The notes below the pieces were generated by a model. That model had not been told where the DNA came from and did not search any database. It was given only the letters and a program-made list of their open reading frames with translations. Below, piece by piece: positions 1 to 12,851 of a DNA stretch of 64,000 nucleotides (positions within the stretch are counted from its first letter, which is position 1; every line of letters starts with the position of its first letter). A program made the translations under genes and the position numbers. The DNA lies in NCBI GenBank assembly GCA_040954595.2, contig CM082598.2, forward strand, positions 2,823,162 through 2,887,161, read 5' to 3'. Origin of the DNA: Balanoglossus misakiensis. Taxonomy: Eukaryota; Animalia; Hemichordata.

Positions 1-1844
1 TGAACGAGGACCACTTTTGTGATGTCTCCATTCTCTTGGGTCTTTTCATGAACGAGGCTGAATGTCAGGCCACTGTGTACATAGTATACAATTGATGCGA
101 CCGACGAAATGTGTCTGTAGTGAAATGTTGGGAAAACTGACTCCAAATAGCTGAAGAGTATTGAATGGTGCTCTCGAATTGGCAATTAACGTCTATTTAC
201 CTGTACGGGACGAAGAAGAGGGTACATCGGCGAAACAATGGGGCTACTGTGTCCATGAATATTGTATTGTGGACGGGACAAATATTCTACAGTACAGAGA
301 ACTTTAAAACGTCCTGAGTCTATAGGTCTCTTGGCCAGTGCAGAGCCCAGTGTCTCGAAACACGTGTTTCTCAATGCAATCTGCCGAACATATGTCGCTT
401 GTAAACCACCATTTGGCAAATATGTGAACATACATTTTTTCTTTGCCGCAATTATGCCAATGTTAGTCAATCGCTTGGAGGCTCACAGCGACCCTGACTT
501 GTACCAAATGTACTTGGAATTACTTTCCACCCCAAAAATGTCCTCGCCAGTCTAGCCTCGGGGGTTGTTTGCAAGGAAAACGCAATAATCATCACCGCTT
601 GCTCTCCACAACCTCGTGTGGACCACGCGTGCGCAATACAAGTTTGAAATCAGTTAATACCAATCAGACGATCATCCTTGACGAGCTTTTATCAGAAAAT
701 GTCTGTTCGGCGTGAAATCTTGGTGGTATACGTACAAGAAAAATTACAAAAGAAACCACAAAATCACTGCAATAATAACATTTTATTAAATTGTATAATG
801 TATGTAGCAGGCGATCAGACAGGTGAAATCTCCGTTTAGACTTAAAAATATACCTTTCGTCTTCGACTAAAGGGTTTGCACTTGAGGCAAATACAAGCAA
901 ATATACCCTTGTGTCAAGGTAAGATACAGGGCCTATCTATAATTAACTTTGAAAAGCTCTTCTGCCCTGCTAAGCAAAATGTGACTGTGGGTTTTCACTC
1001 TCAATACAGTAAAAGGCACGAATTGTGTCTCTACTGTGCTGAGTCTGTATATTGCGTAAGAAATTCAAACTCAAGACAGACATTGTAACAACACTATAAA
1101 TCTAGCAATCATTGCCTGCACTGTAAATGAAGAAAAAATTACTGCGTTTCGTTGTATATTCGAATGATGTAGAAAAATATCCGAATATACGAGTGACGCT
1201 GTCGTAATGAAGGCAGAGTTCAATACTTCTCAAAGACTAGGGAACTGGAATCGCGAATTGAATCGTATACGTCGACGCAAAATGAATGCTGTTTCATAAT
1301 AAGCGCCAAGCCGACAAAGGTGAGTGCTCTCCAAGCCAGGTTTATAGTGCGACAATCTCTTGGAAAATAAAGGGACATTAAACAGAGTATAGAACCTCTG
1401 AGTAGCGATTAGAAACCATGGCGGGGCATTTCCTAAGTACTCCCTCAAACCACCCACAAGCCTTATATCGCTCCTCTGTTAGCATTGTTGTCAAGGATCA
1501 GTTCGTATCAAGCATTGTACTATATTGACGACGTCTCAGACGAATTTTAAACGCGAATTAAACATTTTCAGGATTTATGCTACAATGGTGTCTGATTAAA
1601 CGTACTGGGCACTTTTTTCTGTGATTGAATGGTTATACATCGCGACAGTGCTCGAAATGTCAAGCCTATTAAAACATTTTGCGTGTTTGTGGCGTCAAAC
1701 AAAGGCGTGGAAAACTATTAAAAGGATGGTAAATACAGCCTCGATTACGACTGCCGTGCGTTTGTTGTAAGGAAAACACGCTATATTGTTCGCAGTTGAA
1801 ATCACTGTATATCTTTGGTGACCTGTGGACAGACATTACGTGGT

Positions 1845-2783
1845 TCAGTCGGTGTTTGTGTTAACGTTGCTGCCTATGCTGCTCTCTAGCCGTGGCAGTT
1901 TGGAACACAGACACGTCGAGGTTAGAATCTTGCTGTTCTTCTTTCTGGTGGACCGCTTCTTGGCGTACGCTCCCTTCTGGATCACCCGGGACAGGCTGGA
2001 TGTGGTCGTGCTCTTCGGGGTGTTCGCCCGTATGATTGGAAGCATCAGTCGCTCGTGTTTCTTCCTGTTGTAGTAGGCCAGGCAACAGGAGCAGTAGCCC
2101 TGCCCGAGCACATCGCAGAACTCCCGCGCCTCCCCTTCGCACACCGGTGAGCCTTTGCAGACTTTCTTGTGGTCAGGGCTCCGGCAAGTGTTCTTGGTCC
2201 GGTATTTCGGTGTCTCGCCGTCCTCATCATCCGCTAGGGTATCCACGATGACAGCGCCGGTCTCGTACTCGCCTCCGATGTCCTCAATCGGCGGCAACTT
2301 AAAAGTCACCCGGGTGACGGCTTTTCCCCTCCGCCGCGATTTCCCCCCGCCCGTCACTAACTTCGCGTCCATTCTCACTTCGCTACCGCCGTGAAAACTA
2401 ATATTGTACTTCTCGATAAGTTGGCGTTCTTTCATCAAGTCGGTGTTTTTCGGCTGTCCGTCGTCCCAAAGCAGCGGCGGTAAGATTTTCACCTCATCGT
2501 GGCCGTACCGCTCAGCGTATAATGTATCCTCGTCAAACTCGTTGCTATCACCGGCCTCCACGCGACGGAATACCGCCCGCCTCCTTTTCCTCCCGTGAAC
2601 TCTGGGCACCTTCCAGACGACGGGTCCGCCGCGCCTGCGCGGTACGCGCATCTTTGGATTACCCAAGATGATATATTTCGAGCAGGGGATGCTGGGTAGT
2701 TTTGTCATTGGTGATTCCACGTCGGGATCCAGCAAGCTTCGATAAGTCGACACGCCATCCGTTTTTAAATTTTTAACTTCCAT
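1845..2783 (-). CDS. Uncharacterized basic protein (~312 aa, single coding exon) with a C-terminal Cys cluster
   Basis: Long GC-rich ORF (track 1845..2849) in an AT-rich background. A strong acceptor (ttttttcgtacag) lies at 2821, so the likely start is the aaaATGG at 2783 (MEVKNLK...). No domain recognised. Confidence 0.65.
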   Translation of the reverse strand: MEVKNLKTDGVSTYRSLLDPDVESPMTKLPSIPCSKYIILGNPKMRVPRRRGGPVVWKVPRVHGRKRRRAVFRRVEAGDSNEFDEDTLYAERYGHDEVKILPPLLWDDGQPKNTDLMKERQLIEKYNISFHGGSEVRMDAKLVTGGGKSRRRGKAVTRVTFKLPPIEDIGGEYETGAVIVDTLADDEDGETPKYRTKNTCRSPDHKKVCKGSPVCEGEAREFCDVLGQGYCSCCLAYYNRKKHERLMLPIIRANTPKSTTTSSLSRVIQKGAYAKKRSTRKKNSKILTSTCLCSKLPRLESSIGSNVNTNTD

Positions 2784-2894
2784 TTTCAACTCGACTTTCT
2801 TCTTCCTCGGATGAATAAAACTGTACGAAAAAAACGACGAAATTGTCATACATGTATATTTATATTATATAAATCATAATTTAAATTTTCTCCT

Positions 2895-3093
2895 TTGACT
2901 TAACACAGAGATTGGTCACGGGGCCATTTTGAATTTCAAATTTGAGGCAATTTTTTCTATCATTCAACTTGAGACCTGGCACGGTGACTCCCAATTTTTA
3001 TTTTCCAATTTTACTAAAGCACGATCTATAGTTGCCTTGAGCAAAATACGAGAGAACTTTTAAGACTGATTTACGAGGGGAACTTGACCTTAA
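2895..3093 (-). mobile_element. Fragment of a non-autonomous DNA transposon (TTAA-GG terminus, Kolobok-like)
   Basis: Minus strand begins TTAAGGTC... and contains AAAATTGGGAGTCACCGTGC and TTTGAAATTCAAAATGGC, resembling an abundant invertebrate repeat family (recognised from memory, not by search). Confidence 0.3.
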
Positions 3094-3662
3094 ACTCCTT
3101 TAACTTGCCCTTCGGGCGGAAATCAGGGTAGGAATGCAATGAGTGGTATTGTTATTTATAGTCGAAAAAATATTTTGAAGGAAGTACATAAAAATAAGAA
3201 TCGATAACATTCTATCACGATTAATCGATGAGCACGGATATCTCGAGTTCCGTCAATAACAATGCTTCCGCGGTTTTTTACTCGAGTCATAAATTTTATT
3301 ATACAATTAAGATTTTAATATGTAATTTTCTATTAACTATGGCGACCTGTTGCCAACAACATGATCTCAATCACCTGTCTCAACTCGAGAAATAACCTCA
3401 TCGTGATCTGACCTTTGACCTCCCCTCCATTTTATGTGGCAGTATAATATATAGTCTATCGATTAATTCCAACAGGTTTTGGAAAACAACGGTCGAATAT
3501 AAATGTATGCACGCCCTGGCACACTAAACCAATACGCAATATGTCTGTGCCTTTTGAGAAACATCACCGTCACCCCGAAGCGATATTAAGTACACAGCGC
3601 CTAAAAACCAGCGCCGACTAAACAATTTAAATGTCAGAGCGCCTCCCAGAACGTTCCTTTCA

Positions 3663-3676
3663 GTTGCCATAGCAAC
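3663..3676. promoter_or_regulatory. RFX X-box motif
   Basis: GTTGCCATAGCAAC matches the RFX consensus GTTNCCATRGNAAC and sits in a CpG-rich patch about 0.9 kb upstream of the orphan ORF. Confidence 0.45.
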
Positions 3677-5469
3677 GACACGCCGTCTTCCGAGAGGCTG
3701 ACTGCGCCGCCGCATGACAGGAGACGAAGTATGCGTAGTAGGTGTATATAAAACACATATACATACTGTGCGGATTATTAAAACACAGGTATCCGAGTTG
3801 AAAGCGACCGTGTGTTTAATACAATACAGTTGTTATTAGCCTGTCATAAAGTCAAATTACTTTCAACTGCACTGCAGTAAAATATCATGACTGCTTACAT
3901 TGTCTTGGTTGGAACTATACCGAAACACGAACTGAAGGCCAAATAGTGAGCAATTTATTATCGCCCTAAGTATACCTCTGTGTTTGTACAATCGAATTAG
4001 CTTATCAGACCCCTACTTGAACAAAGGCCGCATTATTAACTCCCTCTCAATTTATCAACTTCTGTGTACAAAGTTTATTCGGAAATTCCTACAGTAACTG
4101 GTGACCGCGGTTTACAGTATTAATTAATGCGTGGTTTTAAAATTACAAAACGGCACGGTTGTTTTTGTAATCCTGTTACGAGAGGTTTAAAAAAATATGC
4201 GTGGCCAGTCCGCAAACTTTTGTATGATTCTGAGCTAATCCAACAGTCTACATGAGAACTTCATAATTTGGCCGTTTTCTATACTATACTAATGCAACTT
4301 GCATTCCGAAGATTAAGTTCACAACCTACGGTATAATTTACTAGCCTGGGGAATCGTGTTATATGTGACGATCTGTCTTGTGGGATATCACGATATTTGC
4401 ACGGTTGTAGATCGAAAACTGATACCAGTATCCTGTTCATTAGCCGCCAGCAATCGGGACTGTCGTGATAACGTCTATGATTATAACGTCCGCCTTTTCT
4501 GTGGCAAATATTACACCTGCTAGTGGTGGCATAAATCTGATCACCTGTTTTAAGTTTTCCTTGCTCTGTGAATTCGTGAAAGGAATTATACTAAGACCCG
4601 GGGCTGAAGGGAGGCTAACCCGAAAACGGTATGATCTCCAAGGCTCCGAAACGGACGACTCGAAACCACACTAGAACCGTTTATAAAGTCTGTCTTTATC
4701 ACGGGTGTAGATGTACATGGTCTAACGCAACTAGTTTATTCTACACCACTTAAAAGTTATTAACTTCCAAGTTGACAAAGTTGCGACACCAAGAGTCACC
4801 TGAGCAACCTTTGATACTCACCTTTTGTTCGCGTTCTTAAAACTCTCCACGGACAAACACCAATATCTTTTCAGTCGCCATTTTCTGTCATCAAAGGACT
4901 GTAACTCCACCAGCACTGGTTTTCAATAGAGATATCCGCGCCCTTTGACTTCGCGTCGAGCTCTGAAATTCCTGTGGCTTAAAAATAATTCAGTTGCCAC
5001 CACTTCAGAATTGTTGATAACGCCAGGGAGGGGAGCCCGTTTGTTATCTCAGCGCCGCTCAACAAATCATTTCAACGTCAAGTGGAGAAAACTCGAGACA
5101 GGTGCTAAAACGTATCACTGTTTGCGCGCACCTGTTGTTAAGTCAGGTAGCACTGGTTGGAATCACACACAACTTTACAATACCCATTAATCTCGTTACA
5201 CCCAATTATTGTGACGCATCCAGCACAGTCGCCAGTCAACGCCGCCAACACACAAAACAATTACGTCACTCCAGGGACTTCCAATTTCGAGGATTTCCTT
5301 TTTAAATCACCCCCTTTGTGTTTCTTACTTAACGTGCTCGTTACAATCTCAGCAAACATAATAGCTGTACACGAACAGTTTAGATATTCTAATTTCTGCA
5401 CTTAAAAGTAACAAAAGCTATTGTTGCCACCAGTCTCGCCACACATGAATTTGAACACATACTAATGGT

Positions 5470-5660
5470 CACCTATGGAAAATTAGCTATAGTTACCATG
5501 GCAAATTAGGATCTAGCCAATCACAGATTTTCAGTGGGTCGCACACGCGAAAAAAAGAGCGCCACCATATGTTCTTTAGAACGCTCAAATGCGCCATTTC
5601 AGCCATGTATGGGCGTATATAAATTGGAGGTGACTGTATACCTTTAAAATTGCTGTAAAC
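5470..5660 (+). repeat. Dispersed repeat family copy (also ~45724-45908; partial copies ~13290-13350 and, inverted, ~42677-42740)
   Basis: Collinear shared blocks GTTACCAT(G/A)GC...TAGCCAAT...AGATTTTCA...CACGCGAAAAAA..GCGCC...GAGGTGA(C/T)TGTA(T/C)ACCT. Confidence 0.6.
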
Positions 5661-8600
5661 AGGGGTTCGTTCGAAACCCCACTGTACAATTCCACTGGAA
5701 ACATCTAACGCATTCGAGTGAACGGTGTTAATATCTCCCACTTCTCGTAGTTCAAATCCAAGTAATTTAAAGGGAGCTTTTACTTAGCAGAAAATGTTAT
5801 ACAAACTTTCATTTAACTATAGCCTTTAGCTGCAGAAACTTTCCAAACGTTCATTCACCCATGAAAGGATGTTAGGCAACAACTTGAAACGAGGAGGAAT
5901 TTGTCCCCCTTCTGTGGTGACCTTGATAGCATAATCTAGTTATCAGACAGGTGACTATATGTCTATGCGGTTCTTCAAGATTGATGGTGCACTGATCGAG
6001 ATAAGTTATTCTGACTTGCTCTTACACATCGTGATTAGAAGTAATGAAAGGAGAATATATACGTTGGGCATTAAGAACGCATTAGACTGACAATACAATT
6101 TGTATAGCTAGTTCCATTTCATGGCGTGCACTCGTGTAATACTAGGTGTAAGACACAATCTCTGGAGACTCTTTCTACACAATTGACTACATTTAATTTG
6201 GCTATTTCTATTCAGCATGCCTGTATTGAGAAAAACATCAATTCTTGTCATTTGAGAAAAAAATCAACTGACAAATAATGATGTCTCACCCCATACAAAT
6301 GACCACGAAAGACTCAATAGAACCCAATTACATTTGTTGAATGTATCCGTGGACAGGAATCTGTATCACACTCATCGTGAATTACGCGTGCGCAATATCA
6401 CTGAATCAACAACAGACACTATATATGTTCATGAGTATAAACACAATTTTTCCTGGAGCAAAATATGACACAAAGTTTAAGAGAAGGACTGATGTGAACT
6501 ACCTTAAGATTTCTTTCTGAATTGACAGAATACTTGTGGCCTTTGAACCATGAGACGTATCAGTCTGACAGATTGATGCCTTGCATGTGTTATGGACAAT
6601 GCATAACACCCACGGGCACACACATTTATTACAAGAACTCTGATATTATTTTACATTTGATGTATCGATTGTTGCCAATACAAAGACTCATGTTATCGTC
6701 CCCTGACGACAGCCATCGCTCACGCATTGTCTTGTTTGTCGTGTCTTCCGAGAGATGTTTTGTTGACCTAGTTTCATAAGTAAGGTTCATAGGCAGCTAT
6801 ACGTCTTCGATATTTTCAAAGCAGGACTGAAGTTTAACAGAGCTCAGAGCTTGTAAATTGTCTGTTCTGCAAATGTTTTGGACGTTAAACAATTTGTGCG
6901 AAATTTTGATGTTCTGTGGTTTCTAGTTCATGAATTAAGAATTGATCTTCCTCCTGCAGAAAATGATTCAGGTAAACACATGCTTTTTCAGTTTGGTCTC
7001 TTCATTGTCTGACAAACCTGCACCAGGTTTTTGCACTAAAATAATGAGCTCTGGAGATCAAGAAGATGAACCTATCCTATAACGTCGATTCACATTGAAA
7101 GTTGACCACTCTTCTGTAACAAGCTCAAGGAAGACACTGGCGTCTCGAGACAACTTCAAGGGAAGACTTGCGTCACGTGACAAGCTCAAGGACTCGCGAA
7201 ACGAGAGCAGATGGATGTACTTTCATTAATTAGTTCATAATGATCTTTGCTGCCATATTCCCATCCTGGACTATACTCTAGGTCCTCATCATTATCCCTT
7301 ACCATCATAAGGCACACCTGACAAACCATCTCCCACATTATTTCATTCACAATTTTAATATTGAAGTTTCATTGCTTCTTTCATATGTCCTTGCTTTGTT
7401 CTCGTAAGGCACAACCCTGCAATTGCGAAACTGGGATAATATGACAAAAACCCGGTTTTAATATACACCTACTTCTCTGATTGTGTCAGCAACTTAATGA
7501 ATTAATATTTTGTAATTTCCTGTGATGTGGTTATTTCAGGGACTTAATGGATATGCCTCTGATGTTAAAATTAATATGCCTTGTGGCCTTTTACATTGAC
7601 TTGATTGATCAGACAAATTATATTATGATGAAACATCAATGATTCCACGTCACGCATGTAATGCTCAAGACTTTCTCTATGTAAACTTTAATATACATTT
7701 TTTAAACTCCAGCTAATACTAATAAAAATGTGTTGATGAAACATTATTCGGCAGGTAGGTTCGTCATATTCTTTTTAGGCGTGGAGCTTGTTGTGTTATC
7801 TTTTGAGTTATTTTTCTCGTCGTTTTTGTGCCGTGTGCAAATGATATCAAATATCAGATAATAGCATAGACTTACACACATCAAGATATATGAAACTAGG
7901 GATTTTGCATTTCTCAAAAGTATGCCCAGTAACTAAGGAATCGGAAATATCAATGGCTAATTAAGATGCAGAAACACCCATGTAACACTCAACCTTCCTC
8001 CTTTGTAAATGTACACCAGGATTCAATAATAACAATAATCCTATACTTTTTTGTCCTTGGGGGAGGGAACCGAATTTGAAATGATACCAACATATAATTG
8101 GAACTTGTTTGACATCGCGGATACACAATAACGGCTAATCAAGATATTTTAATTGCAACTGGATTACTGTGCAGCTGTGTATATTGACATTTTAACTATT
8201 ATGTTCAGCGTTAGCATTGATGGATGTCATGGTTTAAATTTTGCTCCAAAAATAGACTTGTCTCCTTGTGTTTTCCTTTTGCAATTATAAGATTCGTTTA
8301 CTTTCTTTTTATCTTCGACAATGTCATCAATGATCCATTTGTTGATTTGCTTAGTGAGGGTGATTATGAATGTTGCAATATGACTCGCATTCCCTGAAAG
8401 TGCTCTATTCCATGGGGAAAGAACTGTACGATAAAAACATTATGACCTTCTACTAATGGTACTTACAGGAAAATCGGATGCACTGAACCATAAATTGTCA
8501 ACTGCGAAGCCATATTTCAACGTACAAGCACTAGCATTGATATACCTGCACTTCAGTAGTCAGGACGTCTTATTGTGTTTATGTGATAATCTACATTCAA

Positions 8601-9110
8601 CATCAATTCTTAAAATAACTCTGGTAAATATGCCTTTTGTTAAATAATGGAAAGTATGTGTTTATTGAATTCTCAATACACCGTGTGAAGAGTGAACAAC
8701 GTCACTCAAAGAGTGTGTTCAACAAATTAAAATGGCAAAAACATAAATTAAACAAAAATGCGTACATAATCTGAATGTGAATAATCACACATAATATAAT
8801 TCAATTTGATACATGAACATTATTATTATATTAAATGTAAGTGGGAAACATTACATCTAAATGAAGTTAAGCAAATGGTCAGTTGATGGAAAGGTATTAC
8901 ATTGGCTACATTTGACTTTATCACTGCTATCGCCTATAAAACTATCATACTATTTAACACACACTAACATAAACTAGTACACTGCACTATTGATGTATTG
9001 TATACACAATTTATATTATATACATGTATGCACACTACTATATACATGTATGCATTTGTTATTATATACATATATACAATGTATAGAAGAAGTATCAAGC
9101 TAGTCATATT

Positions 9111-10097
9111 TTATCGCGGTATTCTACAATTTAAAAATTTTGGGAACAGAAGGCTTCTGAGAAGATTCAAGGAATCTTTACGGAACCTTTTGTTCACAAA
9201 ACTGTAAATAAACGGATTTATGGCATGATTGATTACGTATATGTATTTTAAAAATGTGTAAATCTCGACTCTGGCAGGAGGTGTAGATTCCCAGAAGGAT
9301 CCGGGCAGGAAGGTAAATATCCAGTACGGAATCCAGGAGAGGATGAACACAATGGTGACCAAGAGTAACATTTTTGCTGTTTTGTTTTTAACAGTGCTCA
9401 TTGTTCTTCGTGTCTGCGGCGGGCATTTGCACACGGAAGATTGTTTCCTTCTGTTCGAGTCTTGCGAGTCCTCCCTCCTATCGCACTCAAACCGACAGAC
9501 TCTGGTCTCCATTCGCTTGCGAAGATGCCGATACACGGCAGTGTAACACACACAGGTTATCGCTATCAGCACGAAAAACATGGCGGCGTTGAATATGGTG
9601 GTGTAGAAGTAAGTGGGGTCGACGGCCGTGCACATTTTCAGGGTATAGGAGACATTGCCAGTGAAGTTTGCGGCTTCTGTGTAGATGTCAAATTGGAAAA
9701 CGACAGGTAGAGTCAGGAGAAGGGCTGCCGCTTCTGCCAACACGACGATGGTTCGCGCCTTTGACGAGTCAATGTAGATGCGCAACGGCTTGCAAACCTC
9801 GAAGTATCTGTCCACCGCGATGGCGGCGGCAATGATGCTGGAGCCACTACCACCAGCATGCCACAGCCAAGACAACATTTTGCATAAGCTGGTGACGAGC
9901 AGCTGAGGGTACAAGACGGCGAAGATACCATAGGGCATTATGAAGACGCACACAAACAGGTCGATGCCTGCTAGTCCCATGATGAAGTATTGAGGCGGTG
10001 GTTTATTAGGTTTTCCGTGGTACACACCCAAGATAACAACATTGCCCACTATTCCCACCAGAGTGACGAAAGTGTATAGGATACCCAATGCAATCAT
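9111..10097 (-). CDS. Rhodopsin-like (class A) GPCR, peptide-receptor-like orphan, single coding exon
   Basis: 328-aa ORF with 7 hydrophobic segments and motifs GN (TM1), LAGID (TM2), DRY (TM3), SWIP (TM6) and NPFIY (TM7). Acceptor just upstream of the ATG (~10100), donor at ~10462 and TATATAA at ~10560-10566 define a short non-coding first exon. Confidence 0.92.
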   Translation of the reverse strand: MIALGILYTFVTLVGIVGNVVILGVYHGKPNKPPPQYFIMGLAGIDLFVCVFIMPYGIFAVLYPQLLVTSLCKMLSWLWHAGGSGSSIIAAAIAVDRYFEVCKPLRIYIDSSKARTIVVLAEAAALLLTLPVVFQFDIYTEAANFTGNVSYTLKMCTAVDPTYFYTTIFNAAMFFVLIAITCVCYTAVYRHLRKRMETRVCRFECDRREDSQDSNRRKQSSVCKCPPQTRRTMSTVKNKTAKMLLLVTIVFILSWIPYWIFTFLPGSFWESTPPARVEIYTFLKYIYVINHAINPFIYSFVNKRFRKDSLNLLRSLLFPKFLNCRIPR

Positions 10098-11170
10098 ATC
10101 TGAAATAATAATTAAAAAACGACTTGCAGTAAAGTTGTTGGTTTGTATAGGGTTCGGACTGGAAGGACAAAATAATTAACTCAAACAGAAGCAGACATTG
10201 TGAATGAGCATGACAGAAAACCACAAATCTATTCAGACCAGTTCTACACATGTACTTCGTGGTATTTTGAATACCACAAACTTTGTTTTATCAATACTAG
10301 AAAACGACAAGCTTGCAAGCAAACAAGCTTGTATACTTTTCGACAGTGATACCTGTTAAAGGCTTGAAATCAATAGCATTGGCTGTTCTATTATTGAACA
10401 AGTTTGTTTTGTCGGCATATGCCTAAATCATAACTGAAAAAAAATTGATATTATTGATGTACCTGAAGTAATATTGATCCCTGTGGCACTTGGGTATTTT
10501 ACAAAATCTTGCAAGACGAGTCTGCTCCTATCGTACTGGACTGTTATCTCCAACGTTTCTTATATAATTGAGCCTCCGAGGAGCCATGAACTCATCTGTT
10601 TTCATGTCATGCAGACGACTGCTTATAGCAAGAAATAATTATGCATATTAAGCAGATTAGTCGCCAGTGTGTCCGGGTCTGCTGTTTATGCAGACCTTGG
10701 AAACTCATTCGATATTATATTTTTCACATCATGACCATGAGCATGTAATTTTCCACGAAAAACTTGAACATGTATTTCAAATCCCTGGTTTTTAATCTGC
10801 TAAAAGTGTTCTGAGACATTGCAGATGTCTGGCGAATACACATATGTTACGACCCAGGTAAACCAAGTTAAAATGCAATGCACTAATTCAAAGTCCCTGG
10901 CAAGGTGTACCGGTACAACATTTAGTATGTGATTTAAATATGTGTAATCTGTTTGATGTCTAATCTGCATCTTGTTCGATGGTGTTGTCCTAGAGGACAT
11001 TTTGACAGTACACTCGGGCCTAAATTCCCCAACAATGAAACAAGGGACCACTACCTGAGTAACTAACCTTGTAATTTTACCTATCCATCTAGCAATCCAT
11101 GTGTTCTATCTGCCGCCAGAAATCCAATAAAATCGCCATTATGCATAATTCAAGGGAGTTCTCTCTCATA

Positions 11171-12851
11171 CCTGAATACCCAATCTTGCGTCCCAGTGAG
11201 CAGGAAGACGAATAGCTAATATGGAGGGCGAGGAAAGGTGTGTACACATTGGAACTATAAATGGTTTTGATATCACGTACTCTCAGCTCTGCATTTGTAG
11301 CCCACCTAGCATAAAATGCCATGATGGAAATGTGTACAAATGAATAACAACGCAATCAGGCCTACCTGGTTACTTCTCGTATGTAACACATGTGTACTAC
11401 TCAATCAACTATTACGGATATTGTCATGCGCTTAGTTCCCAGCATTCACTCGATTCATCACCAAGGGAACTCAATTTGGAGCAAAGAACTGTTTCAAGCC
11501 AATGGTTTCTCTCTGCCACGCCTCGTTTCATTTTCGTCTCGTGGGCAAAGCATGATATAAGCGACTGCCTTATATATTTAATATTGAACTAATACGACAC
11601 CTATTGCATGTTTTACAGATAATCATTTATAATTTAATGATGTATATGTATGTATATAATATGAAATTTTGATATTGCAAAATGTTAATTTTCTTAGTTC
11701 TATTAGATTGACAACAGAGCATATATTTGAATGTAGTTAGTTTAGCATTGTATAGTTTAGCATCTAAACGTGTGATGAGTCTACATTACTTATCACGATC
11801 GTCATCCTTGTTTAATTTCAGCAGTATACAGGTAGAGCTAGTCATGCCTTCTGGCAGTGTGTTAATTATCCATCACAAATTGTCAATGATTCAAGATAAA
11901 ATTACAACATACAGCCATTTGCTGATGTTTGCTTTGGGGTTTAGCCTATGATCGGCCAAATTTGCATGTTGAAATGTTGTATCTGACAAAACAAGTCCTT
12001 AGAGAAGCCAAATGGAATATCAGGTTACAGCGCACTGTCTTAAACAGACCGTGATATTCTGTCTTGCTTTAAGGGAAACCATTGATATGACAGAACTCAT
12101 AAGAACAGGGTCGTATAACCCCGGCATTTAGGCAATTGGATGCAAATTTCACAGGGAGGCCTTGGCAATCAGGAATAGACTTTTTCTGCTTACGTCTCCT
12201 TGATGTGATGTGTTACTGGGGAAGGGAAAGATGAAGAATTTCATCATCTGCACCATCCTCACAGTCCCCATCAATACTCATACCAGATGGTATTATTTCT
12301 TGATGGATTCATTTGTGACTTACGGTATTCCAAATTTGATATATTCCAATCAGCGAAATGAAGAAATAGTTAAACCGACAAATCTTGAGTCTAAATTACA
12401 AATATATTGCAACTTGACAGTTGGTTGATATGATGCCAATTATTACACATGCTATTCTATCACAAACTGTAAACTATAAGCTTCATGTTAATCCTACATA
12501 TTACCTTCTACCGATCTACTAGAAAATAAAATAATATAAAATAAAATTAACTATTCAGCAGCTGTATGTTGTTGGGGATTACTTGCAAGTGTTCATATCC
12601 AATCTCGATACAAATTTGTGCACTGATGGAACAGCTTGGATTGCACACTTGTCACCCACACTAAGAAAATCAATTTTCCTAGGAATTAGGCTACATACAC
12701 TTTGCGATAACTTGTTACTGAACTCAATTCCATTCCTGACACGTGCTTTGATTACATGTTGTGAGAAGTCGTTTCCCAGTACAGATTTTCTGGATGTTCG
12801 ATGTGACATAATTGTCAGTGCCAGTGAGTGCTGTTATCGTAATGTCAGGTT
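11171..12851 (-). pseudogene. Possible decayed multi-exon CUB/LDL-receptor class A gene
   Basis: Frameshifted exon-like fragments translate to CUB-like (YVTSN...HVIKARVRNGIEF...DFLSVGD; TIYSSNVYTPFLALH...KIGYS) and LDLa-like (DGDCEDGADDE) motifs, some bounded by AG/GT sites. Confidence 0.3.

Noticed and set aside
1825-2598. Plus-strand and alternative-frame ORFs overlapping the orphan gene
   Set aside because: Shadow ORFs of a GC-rich coding strand.
6770-7230. Exon-like segments with splice-like sites and a ~31-bp degenerate tandem repeat (7119-7191)
   Set aside because: No sustained reading frame; cannot distinguish a lncRNA from background without expression data.
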